Assembly (NCBI RefSeq): GCF_001194135.2
Contig: NC_068988.1
Location: forward strand, 89,680,162-89,728,230
DNA: 48,069 nt
Origin: Octopus bimaculoides
Lineage: Eukaryota
Direction: 5' to 3'
Shown here: positions 1-13,005 of the stretch, in pieces
How the letters are laid out: each line of letters opens with the position of its first letter
Position numbering within the stretch: position 1 is the first letter of the stretch
Translations under genes and position numbers: made by a program
Notes under the pieces: model-generated
Seen by the model: the letters and a program-made list of their open reading frames with translations, nothing else
What the model was told of the DNA's origin: nothing
Databases searched by the model: none

Positions 1-21
1 TATATATATATATATGTATAT

Positions 22-62
<41 letters not shown>
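1..62. repeat. (TA)n + (GA)n microsatellite
   Basis: Read directly from the sequence. Confidence 0.95.
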
Positions 63-66
<4 letters not shown>

Positions 67-1518
67 CATAGATAACTAGATGTATACATATACATAAATA
101 TATATACATGCAGACATATATAAACATACAAACATATAAGTATATACATATATACATACATTCTTAAACACATACATACAAAATATCTTTGGAATATTGG
201 TTCTTACGATTAATTATTAAGCTTATAGATGTAGGGATTATATTGGAAATAGCTGTTATCTCGTTTTTAGTTAGGTAATTGAAGATTAATGCATATTATG
301 TATATACATTGATTAAGTTATTTTCAATATATTTACCTAAACACATACATATATATTATGTATGTACATAAAAATATTCATACATAAACACATATGATTA
401 TGCATAAGATGTATATTAATACGCTTATTGTTATGTATATGAATAATATATATATATATATATCTATGGTATATACATGTGTGAATGTATATGTTGCATG
501 TACGTGTCTATATGTGTGTGTGTGTTGTTGCTGAGTGCATATGTATGTGTATGTGTTTGTATTTGTGTTTCTGTGACTATGTGTAAGAGCATCTGCGCGC
601 ATGCCTTTATGTTTATACATAAACGTGCAACACATACACAAAGTGAGGACTTCATGCACAGACGCGAACTCATTCACACACGCACTCACACACACAAACA
701 TATACACACACATGCGTATCTTAAGCAATTTTCCAAAACCTGATTGTATCTGTTATATTTTATGGCGTTATCTTAATCCACGAAGTATATTGAATTTATC
801 TGACAATTAAAAATGTTGCATTATGCGTAGATTTACGTCATAATTTTGGTAAACCAATCAAATACACAAATATTATGTTATCTATGTTTTGTAGACTATT
901 GTATTTGGAGTGCGGGTGGACAAACTATAACAGGTAAACAGGTTGGTATCCGATAGGGACCTAAGCATCAGCTTTGCGGTATTTATGACGACATTAATTA
1001 CACTGTGTTAAATTATTTTTGTCCTTGGGTAGCAATTATTTCCTTTTTGCTAATCCCAACAAACTATGAAAAATTGCACATATTTCCTTCAAATTTGCTT
1101 TTCTTACATTTATTCAAATCACAAGGCTTTATTGCTTCGCCACTACTCCTGCTCATGATCAGAGTTGCCCATACTGTCAGTCACTAAGGGATATACTCAA
1201 GAGGTTAAGATCAAGCAGCTGACAAGCAAGTCTATGATATTGAGCAGGATATTAGCTTTGTCGATATTTCTGCTTCAGCAATTCTTCGCTAATTCTGTCA
1301 GCGCTAAAGAAAGTCAGTCTCAAAGCACTGGTGTCCAGCTGATAAAAGCAAAGTTTGAAAGAAAAGTAGTCATTTCCTTTGGTTTTGGTTTCTAGATGGA
1401 AGCAAATAGGAAATAACAGTTACTGATCAAACACAAAATAAAATAAAAAATAAGAAATAAAAATTTTGTTAGCGTTATCATTGCGTTAATATTCTGGTGT
1501 CAGGATGTGTCGAACCTG

Positions 1519-1736
1519 TCGAGTCTTTTCTACTCTAGGCACAAGGCCCGAAATTTTGGGGGAAGCGTATAGTCGATTAGATTGACCCCAGTATGCAACT
1601 GGTACTTAATTTATTGATGTCGAAAGGATGAAAGGCAAAGTCGATCTCGGTGGAATTTGAACTCAGAACGTAAGACAGTCGAAATACCGCTAAGCATTTC
1701 ACCCGGCATGCTAACGTTTCTGCCAGCCCGCCATAA
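1519..1736 (-). mobile_element. Octopus-type SINE family A (Meta/MESC-like core)
   Basis: Reverse complement shows head ggcgggctggcagaaacgttagcatgccggg and core gcctttcatcctttcg...aagtaccagttg...ggggtcaatc. 11-bp TSD TGTCGAACCTG at 1508-1518 and 1737-1747. Confidence 0.9.
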
Positions 1737-1747
1737 TGTCGAACCTG

Positions 1748-1937
1748 CAGAATCTTCAACACGCCGGGTTAAATGCTTATCGGCGTTTCGTCCGAATTTA
1801 CGTTCTCCATTCAAATTACGCCGCGCTCAACTTTGCCTTTCGTTCTTGCGGCATTGAGCACTAGGGTTGACGCAATCGAATTGATCCTTCCCCGATACCA
1901 AATTGCTGGCCTTGTGCCAGAATTTGAAACAAATATC
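1748..1937 (+). mobile_element. SINE family A, older degenerate copy whose head is interrupted by the 1519-1736 copy
   Basis: cagaatc...acgccggg...aaatgctta...ttcaaatt...ctttgcctttc...aaattgctggccttgtgcc, colinear with the other copies. Confidence 0.75.
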
Positions 1938-2020
1938 CTGCTGTGAGGACCAACGACGGCGATGTAGATATTGGCGATGGTGGTGTTGGTGATGACGTGT
2001 TGACGATGAAGATAAAAATT

Positions 2021-2022
2021 GT

Positions 2023-2103
<81 letters not shown>

Positions 2104-2213
2104 CGTGGTTGTTTGTGGTTGTGACGGTTCTGCTGCTGTACACGCTGGTCGTGATTTTTTGTGGCAGTAGGGATTATAAAGATGATGATGATGACGATGG
2201 TTTTATTGATGAC
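2021..2213. repeat. (GAT)n trinucleotide tracts
   Basis: Read directly; source of the poly-D, poly-M and poly-H ORFs. Confidence 0.95.
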
Positions 2214-2612
2214 TAGCAATAATCAATAATGATGACGCAGAAAGTGATGGTTTACCGATGACATTAGTTGTAAGGAGGGAAGTGTTAGACAATCTTGAAA
2301 CCCTGTCTGCTACAATGTAAGTAAAAGTATAAGATAACAAATGGATAACTAGCGTACGATGCATCATATATGCGCATGCGTATGTGTGAGTGTGAGACTA
2401 AGTATTTGCGTGAGTATATCTATGTGAATTGTGTGGGGTATGTGTGTCTGTATGTGTTGGTAGTAGCGAGAATTGCCTGGTATGCGGTGAACGCAGTTCC
2501 AAACTGATGATATCCATTTTATTAAAATCATGTGATATGTTAGTTCCGAGCCACATAATAGACGATGTTCATCAGCAAGAGCTATGTGTATGTCTTTATG
2601 TCTTTATACACA

Positions 2613-2850
2613 AGCGGCGAGCTGGCAGAAACGTTAGCACGCCGGGCGAAATGCTTAGCGGTATTTCGTCTGCTGCTACGTTCTGAGTTCAAATTCCGCC
2701 GAGGTCGACTTTGCCTTTCATCCTTTCGGGGTCGATTAAATAAGTACCAGTTACGAACTGGGGTCGATATAGTCGACTTAATCCGTTTGTCTGTCCTTGT
2801 TTGTTCCCTCTCTGTGTAGCCCCTTGTAAAGGGGCTTGTGTAAAGAAATA
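2613..2850 (+). mobile_element. SINE family A, near-intact copy (tail variant gtctgtccttgtttg...gcccc)
   Basis: gcggcgagctggcagaaacgttagcacgccgggcgaaatgcttagcgg...gttcaaattcc...ctttgcctttcatcctttcggggtcgattaaataagtacc. 9-bp direct repeat ACACAAGCG at 2608-2616 and 2851-2859. Confidence 0.92.
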
Positions 2851-3624
2851 ACACAAGCGCCAATATGAGAGGTTCTATGAAGGCTAATACAGCAGTACGC
2901 GGTGTTCTAAAAAGTCATCCATGTTATGTTGGATATATATAGAGATTGCCTTATGGGCTTAATACTAACATACATACATACGTACATACAAAATGGCGCC
3001 ATCAACATCGGACTTGCAGGTGTAGAGGACAGTTTAAAAAGTCCGTTTTGAACGCCTTCCTCTACAAATATGCCAACTTCTCCAGCCTACTTCGGTAACT
3101 AGTTTATCTCTCCAATATTTAATAAGAGAAACACTTTTTACTCGCCATCGTAACGCTATCTTGAACATATTTTAAAATATACAGTTACACCGGGTGGAAT
3201 CTCGCTAACACGACATTGGCTGAAACTAACACCACCAGAGATGAAACTAACAACATCACCAGCGATGAAAACAGAACTACTTCACCACTAAGTTATTTAA
3301 GAAGGCGTAAATACGCTTCTCATTTTACTTGGACTGAACAAGTAAACCAAGATTTTATGTTTACAGTATTTTGTTGTTGTTATCGGCCTTGATTTCATTT
3401 TTCTTCGTTTAATACTAAAATGTGTCTTGCAGTACCATTTTCTATATTTTTGTCAATCCTTCTAGTTAACAGTATATTATTTCTGTTATTGACTCTGTTC
3501 TAAGTATGCTTTTCTCAAGAAGGTGCGGGCTTTTTGCCCACCATAGGCTTTGGGGATGGCCCAGTATTCTGGGACTTTTTTCTGAATTACACTGGGTGCA
3601 CTCTACTCAGAGTAACTTAGAAAA

Positions 3625-3687
3625 ATAATAATACTAAAAATAATAACAACAACAATTATAATAATAATGATGATAATAATAATAATG

Positions 3688-3736
<49 letters not shown>

Positions 3737-3753
3737 CAACAACAACAACAATA

Positions 3754-3822
<69 letters not shown>
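3625..3822. repeat. Compound (AAT)n(AAC)n(ATT)n(AGT)n microsatellite
   Basis: Read directly. Confidence 0.95.
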
Positions 3823-3828
3823 TTCACT

Positions 3829-3975
3829 ATGAAGGCGGCAATCTCGCAGAAACCTCAGTACGCCTTTCATATTTTGCTATCGATTAATTCAGACCAAGTT
3901 TAGCACTGCGGTTGATATAATCGCTTAGCTCCCTCGACACAAAATTTAAGGACTTGTGCCTTTAGCAGAAAATAA
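3829..3975 (+). mobile_element. SINE family A, degenerate and internally deleted
   Basis: Head-like aaggcggcaatctcgcagaaacctcagtacgcc and tail-like caaaatttaaggacttgtgcctttagcagaaa. Confidence 0.55.
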
Positions 3976-4578
3976 CAATTATTATTGTAAATTCCGACGA
4001 TATCTTTCCTCGTTATACTGTTGACATTGGTGCTACTGTTGTTATTGTTGTTGTTGTAGTCAGCATTATAAATCATATTAATAAATTAATTTTCATTTGG
4101 TCTTTATGTTTATTGACAAAACACAACGGCATTTTACATTTTATATTGTGAAACGTGAATAAATCGGTTTTATGATTTTACAGAGAATAAAAGTTAAATA
4201 TTTGATTGCAGCATATCTTCCAGCTAATAAAAAACTCTAAGCTATAAAATATTCCTATGTTAAAGAATGTAGAAGTAACAAAAAGACATACATAGATACA
4301 TTCACACACAGATACACATAGACACACACACACATTTAATATATATATATATATATTATATTATATTATATTATATTATATTATATACCATATTGTATAT
4401 TTCTATGTATATGTCTTGACGATGAGCTGTGGGTGTATGTATGAGTGTTTTAATGGCACTGAACATAATGTAGAAAAATTTGATTTTGTTCTCAGTTTAC
4501 AGTCAGTTCATCTGGTATTCCCAAATTAACAGACATGCACGGACAGACACACATACACACACAAACACATATATGTAC

Positions 4579-4579
<1 letters not shown>

Positions 4580-4655
<76 letters not shown>

Positions 4656-4770
4656 GAGAGAGAGAGATAGTTAGATAGATAGATAGATAGATAGATAGAC
4701 ACATAGATAGATAGATAGATTGATAGATAGGTAGATAGATAGATAGATAGATATATAGAGAGATGGGGAG
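4580..4770. repeat. (TA)n(GA)n(GATA)n microsatellite
   Basis: Read directly. Confidence 0.95.
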
Positions 4771-4901
4771 AGAGTGACATACATCAAGCTAGAAAATAAA
4801 TGTATAGATAGAGTGACAGACGATTTAATGAATAACAATATATATAGAATATAAGAATATGAAATACACGTTTACATACATACAAGACGAACTAAAATAT
4901 A

Positions 4902-5280
4902 GATGGCACTCCGTCGCTTACGACGTCGAGGGTTCCAGTTGATCCGATCGACGGAACAGCCTGCTCGTGAAATTAACGTGCAAGTGGCTGAGCACTCCAC
5001 AGACTCGTGTACCCTTAACGAAGTTCTCGGAGATATTCAGCGTGACACAGTGTGACAAGGCTGACCCTTTGAAACACAGGCACAACAGAAACAGGAAGTA
5101 AGAGTGAAAGAAAGTTGTGGTGGACGAGTACAGCACGGTTCGCCACCATCCCCTGCCGTAGCCTCGTGGAACTTTAGGTGTTTTCGCTCAATAAACACTC
5201 ACAACATCCGGTCTGGGAATCGAAACCGCGATCCTATGACCGCGAGCCCGCTGCCCTAACCACTGGGCCATTGAGCCTCC
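4902..5280 (-). mobile_element. tRNA-Arg-derived SINE family B (OR-like), full length
   Basis: Minus-strand head ggaggctcaatggcccagtggttagggcagcgggctcgcggtcataggatcgcggtttcgattccc with A box, B box and TCG anticodon-like loop. Perfect 15-bp TSD ACGAACTAAAATATA at 4887-4901 and 5281-5295. Confidence 0.92.
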
Positions 5281-5844
5281 ACGAACTAAAATATATACCA
5301 ATATAAAGTGTAATTATTTTATAGGAAATATAGACGACAGTGAAGAAACGAAAGATAGTATATCAAATTTTAATAACGTTGAATATTATATAATTATGAA
5401 TATTTTTACAGATATTTGTATACGCAATTTTAAAAGAATAAAAAAATATAAAAATAAATAACTGAGAGTAAACAATTATTCTGTTTGAACCGGATTGATA
5501 TTTAGAGTATATTAATAATTATAATGAAGAGAATGTTAACAAGGTTAGACAATAGAGCAAGCTACACACTTTGGGATGTGAGCCATACGAATATTTGTAT
5601 ATAATATTACTGGTTTGTTAATGCTTTTCATCTAATTTGAAGAAGAATGGATTTTTGGAATCAGAGGAACCAGTGGACAGATTTAAATACTTTGCTGTAT
5701 TAAATTGTAAGAATTGGACTACTTTCAGGTATCTGAGAATATCCACTGCAACGGTTACAAGGACGACGGTTATATATCCAGGATTACTAAGATTTTTTTC
5801 CGGAAATTTGATGTTATACATACACACACACACACACACACACA

Positions 5845-6217
5845 NNNNNNNNNNNNNNNNNNNNNNNNNNNNNNNNNNNNNNNNNNNNNNNNNNNNNNNN
5901 NNNNNNNNNNNNNNNNNNNNNNNNNNNNNNNNNNNNNNNNNNNNNNNNNNNNNNNNNNNNNNNNNNNNNNNNNNNNNNNNNNNNNNNNNNNNNNNNNNNN
6001 NNNNNNNNNNNNNNNNNNNNNNNNNNNNNNNNNNNNNNNNNNNNNNNNNNNNNNNNNNNNNNNNNNNNNNNNNNNNNNNNNNNNNNNNNNNNNNNNNNNN
6101 NNNNNNNNNNNNNNNNNNNNNNNNNNNNNNNNNNNNNNNNNNNNNNNNNNNNNNNNNNNNNNNNNNNNNNNNNNNNNNNNNNNNNNNNNNNNNNNNNNNN
6201 NNNNNNNNNNNNNNNNN
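5845..6217. other. Assembly gap (N). Other gaps: 6817-7563, 20442-21001, 23195-23945, 25269-26050, 27220-27433, 28115-28124, 29601-29852, 34035-34224, 37826-37988, 39580-39932
   Basis: Runs of N, nearly all flanked by dinucleotide microsatellites. Confidence 0.99.
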
Positions 6218-6721
6218 GTGTGTGTGTGTGTGTGTGGTTGGGTGTGTGTGTGTGTGTGTGTATCTATAAAAAGCTATAAAATTTCAGGAGGCATGCGACG
6301 CGAAGAAATTAATTAGCTACTTGCGGTTACGGCCGTTTCGCACCCTCCTTCACGTAATCATAAATTCTGCGTATTGTGAATTAAGTTTAAACGTTTCCGT
6401 CAATATAGATGTTACGCAGTATACAATAAAATTGTATGTTCAAAAAATCAATGCAGGTAAAGAAAGCAAGCTCATCAGAGCTCTAGAAGATCATGGTTCA
6501 ACTCTAAATACACCAATAATTCAGCTCTAAGTATACATAATTTTTTTCTTCATGTGTACAATGTATGGAAGACTGAGACAACATAAAATTAACTTGGTAT
6601 GGTCGGTAAAATTAAAGGTATGTCGTCTCATATAAATTAAGATACCGTATCTAAATTCAGGGAATTGTCCGTTCTCAATGTCATCAAAACTTTACAGGAA
6701 ACGATAAGGAGAGGTAGTAAA

Positions 6722-6722
6722 G

Positions 6723-6793
<71 letters not shown>

Positions 6794-6816
6794 ATATATA
6801 TATATATATATATATA
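6722..6816. repeat. (TATC)n(TA)n microsatellite
   Basis: Read directly. Confidence 0.95.
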
Positions 6817-7879
6817 NNNNNNNNNNNNNNNNNNNNNNNNNNNNNNNNNNNNNNNNNNNNNNNNNNNNNNNNNNNNNNNNNNNNNNNNNNNNNNNNNNNN
6901 NNNNNNNNNNNNNNNNNNNNNNNNNNNNNNNNNNNNNNNNNNNNNNNNNNNNNNNNNNNNNNNNNNNNNNNNNNNNNNNNNNNNNNNNNNNNNNNNNNNN
7001 NNNNNNNNNNNNNNNNNNNNNNNNNNNNNNNNNNNNNNNNNNNNNNNNNNNNNNNNNNNNNNNNNNNNNNNNNNNNNNNNNNNNNNNNNNNNNNNNNNNN
7101 NNNNNNNNNNNNNNNNNNNNNNNNNNNNNNNNNNNNNNNNNNNNNNNNNNNNNNNNNNNNNNNNNNNNNNNNNNNNNNNNNNNNNNNNNNNNNNNNNNNN
7201 NNNNNNNNNNNNNNNNNNNNNNNNNNNNNNNNNNNNNNNNNNNNNNNNNNNNNNNNNNNNNNNNNNNNNNNNNNNNNNNNNNNNNNNNNNNNNNNNNNNN
7301 NNNNNNNNNNNNNNNNNNNNNNNNNNNNNNNNNNNNNNNNNNNNNNNNNNNNNNNNNNNNNNNNNNNNNNNNNNNNNNNNNNNNNNNNNNNNNNNNNNNN
7401 NNNNNNNNNNNNNNNNNNNNNNNNNNNNNNNNNNNNNNNNNNNNNNNNNNNNNNNNNNNNNNNNNNNNNNNNNNNNNNNNNNNNNNNNNNNNNNNNNNNN
7501 NNNNNNNNNNNNNNNNNNNNNNNNNNNNNNNNNNNNNNNNNNNNNNNNNNNNNNNNNNNNNNNTATATATATATATTTAATTATTTATTTATATGCCTAT
7601 ACACATATATATTTATATTTATATATAAATATATTTATATATATGTATATATATTGTATACATATATATGCATACATACATATATACATACTTACCTACA
7701 TACACTGAAATTTTATATTAAACAGATTGACAATCTGTCACCATTAATAAATCCACGAAATTTCTATTCGCATATCGTAATTTTATCCCCTGTCTTTAAA
7801 TAGTCGGTTGAGTGTTCCATAGAGTATATTTATAAACAAAATTTGAAGGAGATATTGATTATATCATATTTAATTCAAA

Positions 7880-7894
7880 CATAGATAGATAGAT

Positions 7895-7957
<63 letters not shown>

Positions 7958-8374
7958 GATAGATAGATGCATACATACATATACATACATATATACATAC
8001 ATATACATGCAGATACATGTTTATATGCATGCATGCATACATACAGGCATACATACATACATACATACATGCATACATACATAGCTATAATAATAGCGTT
8101 GAAGATTTTTATTAGCATTCATAACACAGACAAATTGTTAGCTTCACTTAACATCACTTTAAACAATTATTATTTTGTCATAATTCCGTCAAACCAATTG
8201 TTCATGTGCTTTGGCTGGCCAAAGTGCCTGTTTCTCTATATAGCCGTTTTAGCTTTAACTCAGGGTCAAAGATCAAATAACTCGTCATGCACTCACAGAC
8301 CCATACACACGCCAACAGCCAACACAAATGCATAAATGCATACGTATATTTCAATTCCTCTATCTATCTACCCG

Positions 8375-8439
<65 letters not shown>

Positions 8440-8520
8440 TTATCTATCTATCTATTTATTCATCTGTCTATCTAACTGTCTGTCTGTCTATCTATTTATC
8501 TATCTCTCTGTCTGTCTGTT
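7880..8520. repeat. (GATA)n/(TACA)n tract and (TATC)n tract
   Basis: Read directly at about 7880-8085 and 8360-8520. Confidence 0.9.
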
Positions 8521-9024
8521 GATGTATTATATATGTCGTTCTTTCTCTTTATCCCTCTACTGACAATGAGCTATGCTCGAACCGTCAAAAACTCTGTCTT
8601 TCTACTGAGTGTTAAAGTAATACATTCTATGCACACAACCTCTTCTTTGTTGTTATTGTTATATCTAGTGTTCGATTGTCTGATTTGACTATCTATCTAT
8701 CTATCTGTCTATCCATCGATATATATATATATATATATATGCATATATGCATATATGCATGTATATATGCACACACACAGACAACACACACACAAATATA
8801 TGTATATATATGTGTGTACCTGTGTGTGTATGCACACACAATCTAAGGCACATATCCTAGATCGTTTTAACTGGGTTAGCTAGTAAAAGCAATGCGCCAT
8901 TTCATTCTTAGAGATCATAGTGAGTAAGTAAATTTGCAGCAGTGTGCTGTAGCATTAACCTGTTACGTAACGAGACATATAACTACAGTATACTTATAAT
9001 CTTTATACACATACACTAGCACAC

Positions 9025-9500
<476 letters not shown>

Positions 9501-10519
9501 CGTGTGCGTACGTATACTTACAACTTTTGCAGGTACAGCCTTAGAAAAATATAACATGTATGGAAATTTTGTTGAGTTTTAATGCGAGTTTATATTTCTT
9601 CACTTTCTACTTCCCTCCCAGAAGCTATGAAAGTGAAATTATCAAAGTGAACGAGGAGTATAAAGTTTTTTTCTTTTTCCCCAAACATGTTTGACGTCCA
9701 TGTTTGTTATTTGACATTGTTAACGCTGTGCTCATACTTGGAAAAGAGCAGCGATAGAAATTGCCATGAGAGCAGCAGCAGCTGTAAAATAACAACAACA
9801 ACAACAACAGCAGCAGCAGCAATAAGAATATGAAGAATATGAAATGAAAAAATAAAATTAAAAGGAAGAAACGACAATACCACTAACAAAATTAATAGTA
9901 ATAGTAAAAATAACATTAACGCTATCAACGTTTGACATTTAAAAGTCAATCTGCCGTCTTCTATAAGATAACTATTAAGAACATTAATGTGTTTTACTCT
10001 AAAAGTATGTTGCTATTTTTCTTCATTTTTACTTTTCTAAATTCTGCGATGAGTCAATATATTCCACATTATTTCACGGATGTGTAAATAAAGGAGCTTT
10101 CATGGTATGCTCCTTCATTTTATGGTTTGCTAGAAATGAAACTATATTTTAATATGGTGACCAATCCTTTCTAAAGAAATGCTGAAGGAAAAGAGGAAAC
10201 GTTTTAGAAAAAAATAAAGAATATAAAACGAAAAGTGATATGTGAGTGAGATTATGGAGTTTATAGGTAGAGGCTAAATTATATTAGGAATATCCATTCT
10301 AAAACCTAATTTTCGGAAAGTTGAAGAGGATGAGGTTATTATAGCTAATATCGATTTTACTGTAGAAATTATTTCCGAAAATTCAATTCATTCGCTTCAG
10401 TAAACAGAATGAAGTGATGTTAACAGCGATGAAATTAAGGGTTTGGAACTTCATAGTTACTTGGCTATAAAATGCTTGCGCTGTTTATAGTACCTCTTTT
10501 GGTGTATATACTTACATGC

Positions 10520-10562
10520 ATTATATATATATATATACGTACATACATATATATATATATAT

Positions 10563-10653
<91 letters not shown>

Positions 10654-10690
10654 CATACATACATATATACGTATATGCACGCACATATAT
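10520..10690. repeat. (TA)n microsatellite
   Basis: Read directly. Confidence 0.95.
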
Positions 10691-11673
10691 AAACGTGCGT
10701 ATGTAAATGATTACATTTGTTTATACTATATATGTGATTATGTCTGAATATTTAGCCGGTTTGCTTTGTGTATATTACGATAGAAAGGTGGGGGTAAAGT
10801 CAAAAGAACTTTAAGGCTACAAACACGAGGGGCAGAATATAAAGAAAAAAATTATCCCATACATAAATAAAAAAAATTGAAGTGAATGGAAAAGGATCGC
10901 CAGAGGTGGTTGCAGTTTGTCATAAAGAGTTTATATCAACTTCATAAAAATAACATCCATTCAAGCATATTTAAATGCATAGGAACATGCACGAAAACAC
11001 ACACATGCAGATGCTAAGAATTGCACACATATACAGAGAGAACGATCTAACATTTACGCAAATGTATTGCACATATACTATATGATTGAAATAAGAAATT
11101 ACGTCAAAATACGTATAAGCCAGAGCGCATTGCTTTAATACATTGAAAGTATCTCCAGACTTTTATACACTATCGGGAATCTACGCATTTGATGAATGTA
11201 GGATCGCAACAGCGATATAATTTGTTTTTATCAGATTTTAGTGAGGTTTGAATATTGTGAGCTCTTTAATCAGCTAGTTTTAATATTCATCAATATTCAA
11301 ATAAATCATCTTTTATATTATTACACTTTCTTCAAAATTTAATTAGCAAACGAAGACTTACAAGCAGATTTTTAATGGATATATCATTATGAATAACAAT
11401 AACATTGATAGAATATCCAAAGTGCAAGAGCCGCAATGCCCTGGCTCTTCAAATCCACCGTATCTTTTGGTAGTGATATTCCAGCTGTTAAGGACAGGAT
11501 GAGTAATCGTGTGTGAATAGATCTTGAGTAAAACTGAGTCGTTCTGCTTATATACACACGCCTTTATATCGACACACACTTGTATATATGTACACGTGTT
11601 CTTTCAAGAACGAATAATACATGCTTATGATGGTTAGACTGATAGATGGATAGGTAGGTAGATGGATAAATAC

Positions 11674-12027
11674 GTGGTACTTCGTCGGTTACGACGCCGA
11701 GGGTTCCAGCTGATCCGATCAGCTGCAAGTGGCTGAGCACTCCACAGACATGGGTATCCTTAATATAGTTCTCGGGGGAGATTGAGCATAACATACAGTG
11801 CGACAAGGTTGTCCCTTTGGAATACAACTACAACAGAAACAGGAAGAAAGAGTGAGAGAAAGGTATGGTGAAAGAATAAAGCAGGGTTCGACACCCCCAC
11901 TGCCAGAACCTCGTGGAGCTTTAGGTGTTTTCGCTCAATAAACATTAACAACGCTCGGTCTGGGAATGGAAACCACGATCCTACAACCGCAAGTCCGTTG
12001 CCCTAACCACTGGGCCATTACGCCTCC
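11674..12027 (-). mobile_element. tRNA-Arg-derived SINE family B (OR-like), second copy
   Basis: Colinear with 4902-5280 (cgtcg..tacgacg.cgagggttccag.tgatccgatc ... ccctaaccactgggccatt.cgcctcc). Confidence 0.9.
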
Positions 12028-12230
12028 ACTGATAGCTAGCGATAGATAGATAGATAGATAGATATATAGATAGATAGATAGATAGATAGGAACAGAAGAT
12101 CGTATACGTTTATGCGAATATATATGCATAGACATATATATTTAGAGAATCTTCTCCCAGTAAGAGTCCATTGTGTCCCTATGCACCGTTTTAATTTAAT
12201 GTCATCTGGAAGAGAAATCGTAATGCTATA

Positions 12231-12451
12231 CAGTAATCGCTCGCCATATCGCCGTTCACCCATCACTGTTCACCTATCGGGGTTTATTCTTTAAGTTTAC
12301 GTCGATTCTTCCGTGTTGTTGTCTTGCATTTATAATAAAATATACACAAGTTACAAAAATCATGCAGTACCGTACTGTTTCTGCTTCGCGGATTTTCACC
12401 TATGGTGGAGCCTTTTGGAACGTAACTCCCGCGATAGTCGAGGGGTTACTG
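12231..12451. mobile_element. pogo/Tigger-like MITE
   Basis: TA flanks both ends. Imperfect TIR CAGTAATCGCTCGCCATATCGC versus CAGTAACCCCTCGACTATCGC (reverse complement of right end). Right end gaacgtaactcccgcgatagtcgaggggttactg resembles Tigger-type ends. Confidence 0.7.
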
Positions 12452-12690
12452 TAAACTAAAGTTTTAGAACGATGTATATTGCTAGACAGGGTTCTCTTGA
12501 ATGTAACTGTTACATGGATATGAAAAGATTTGACTCTTCGATCGGGAGATGTATGAAGCTTATAACACCCCGTAACTTTTATAAATGGTTTATAAATAAT
12601 ATCGAATAAGTATTTGAAAATGACTAGACATATTTCCCAGTATACGGATATTATTTGCGCGAACAGGTGTGATCCTTGTGGTATTTTTTC

Positions 12691-13005
12691 TCGTCGTCAT
12701 CGTCATCGTCATCATCATCATCGTCGTCGTCGTCGTCGTCGTCGTCGTCATCAATTATGATCATCATCCACGTTATGGCTACAATTATTATTAAGGCATC
12801 TGTAGACATATGTCGCGCTGTGTCTTTAAGACGATCGTTTTTCATTTTGCCATCACAATAATGAGCAGCGCCATTACGCTCTTGTTTGTGATGTGGCTTC
12901 ATGCATATACACCCACTGATAATGATGATGATGATGATGATGACGACGACGACGACACTGACGACGTCGATGATAATGACGTTGATGACAAAGACGATGA
13001 TGATG
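12691..13005. repeat. (TCG/TCA)n tract and complementary (GAT/GAC)n tract
   Basis: Read directly at 12691-12770 and 12918-13005. Confidence 0.9.

Noticed and set aside
378-743. ORFs of 60-385 aa rich in YI, HT, CV, LSIY, poly-D/H/I or X throughout the window
   Set aside because: They are translations of microsatellites or N gaps, not genes.
5637-5810. Exon-like segment KNGFLESEEPVDRFKYFAVLN with a gtaaga donor
   Set aside because: Poor acceptor, no recognisable homology, and conflicting frames on both strands.
8263-8275. DR1 nuclear-receptor-like site GGGTCAAAGATCA
   Set aside because: A single short motif, expected by chance in 48 kb, with no promoter context.
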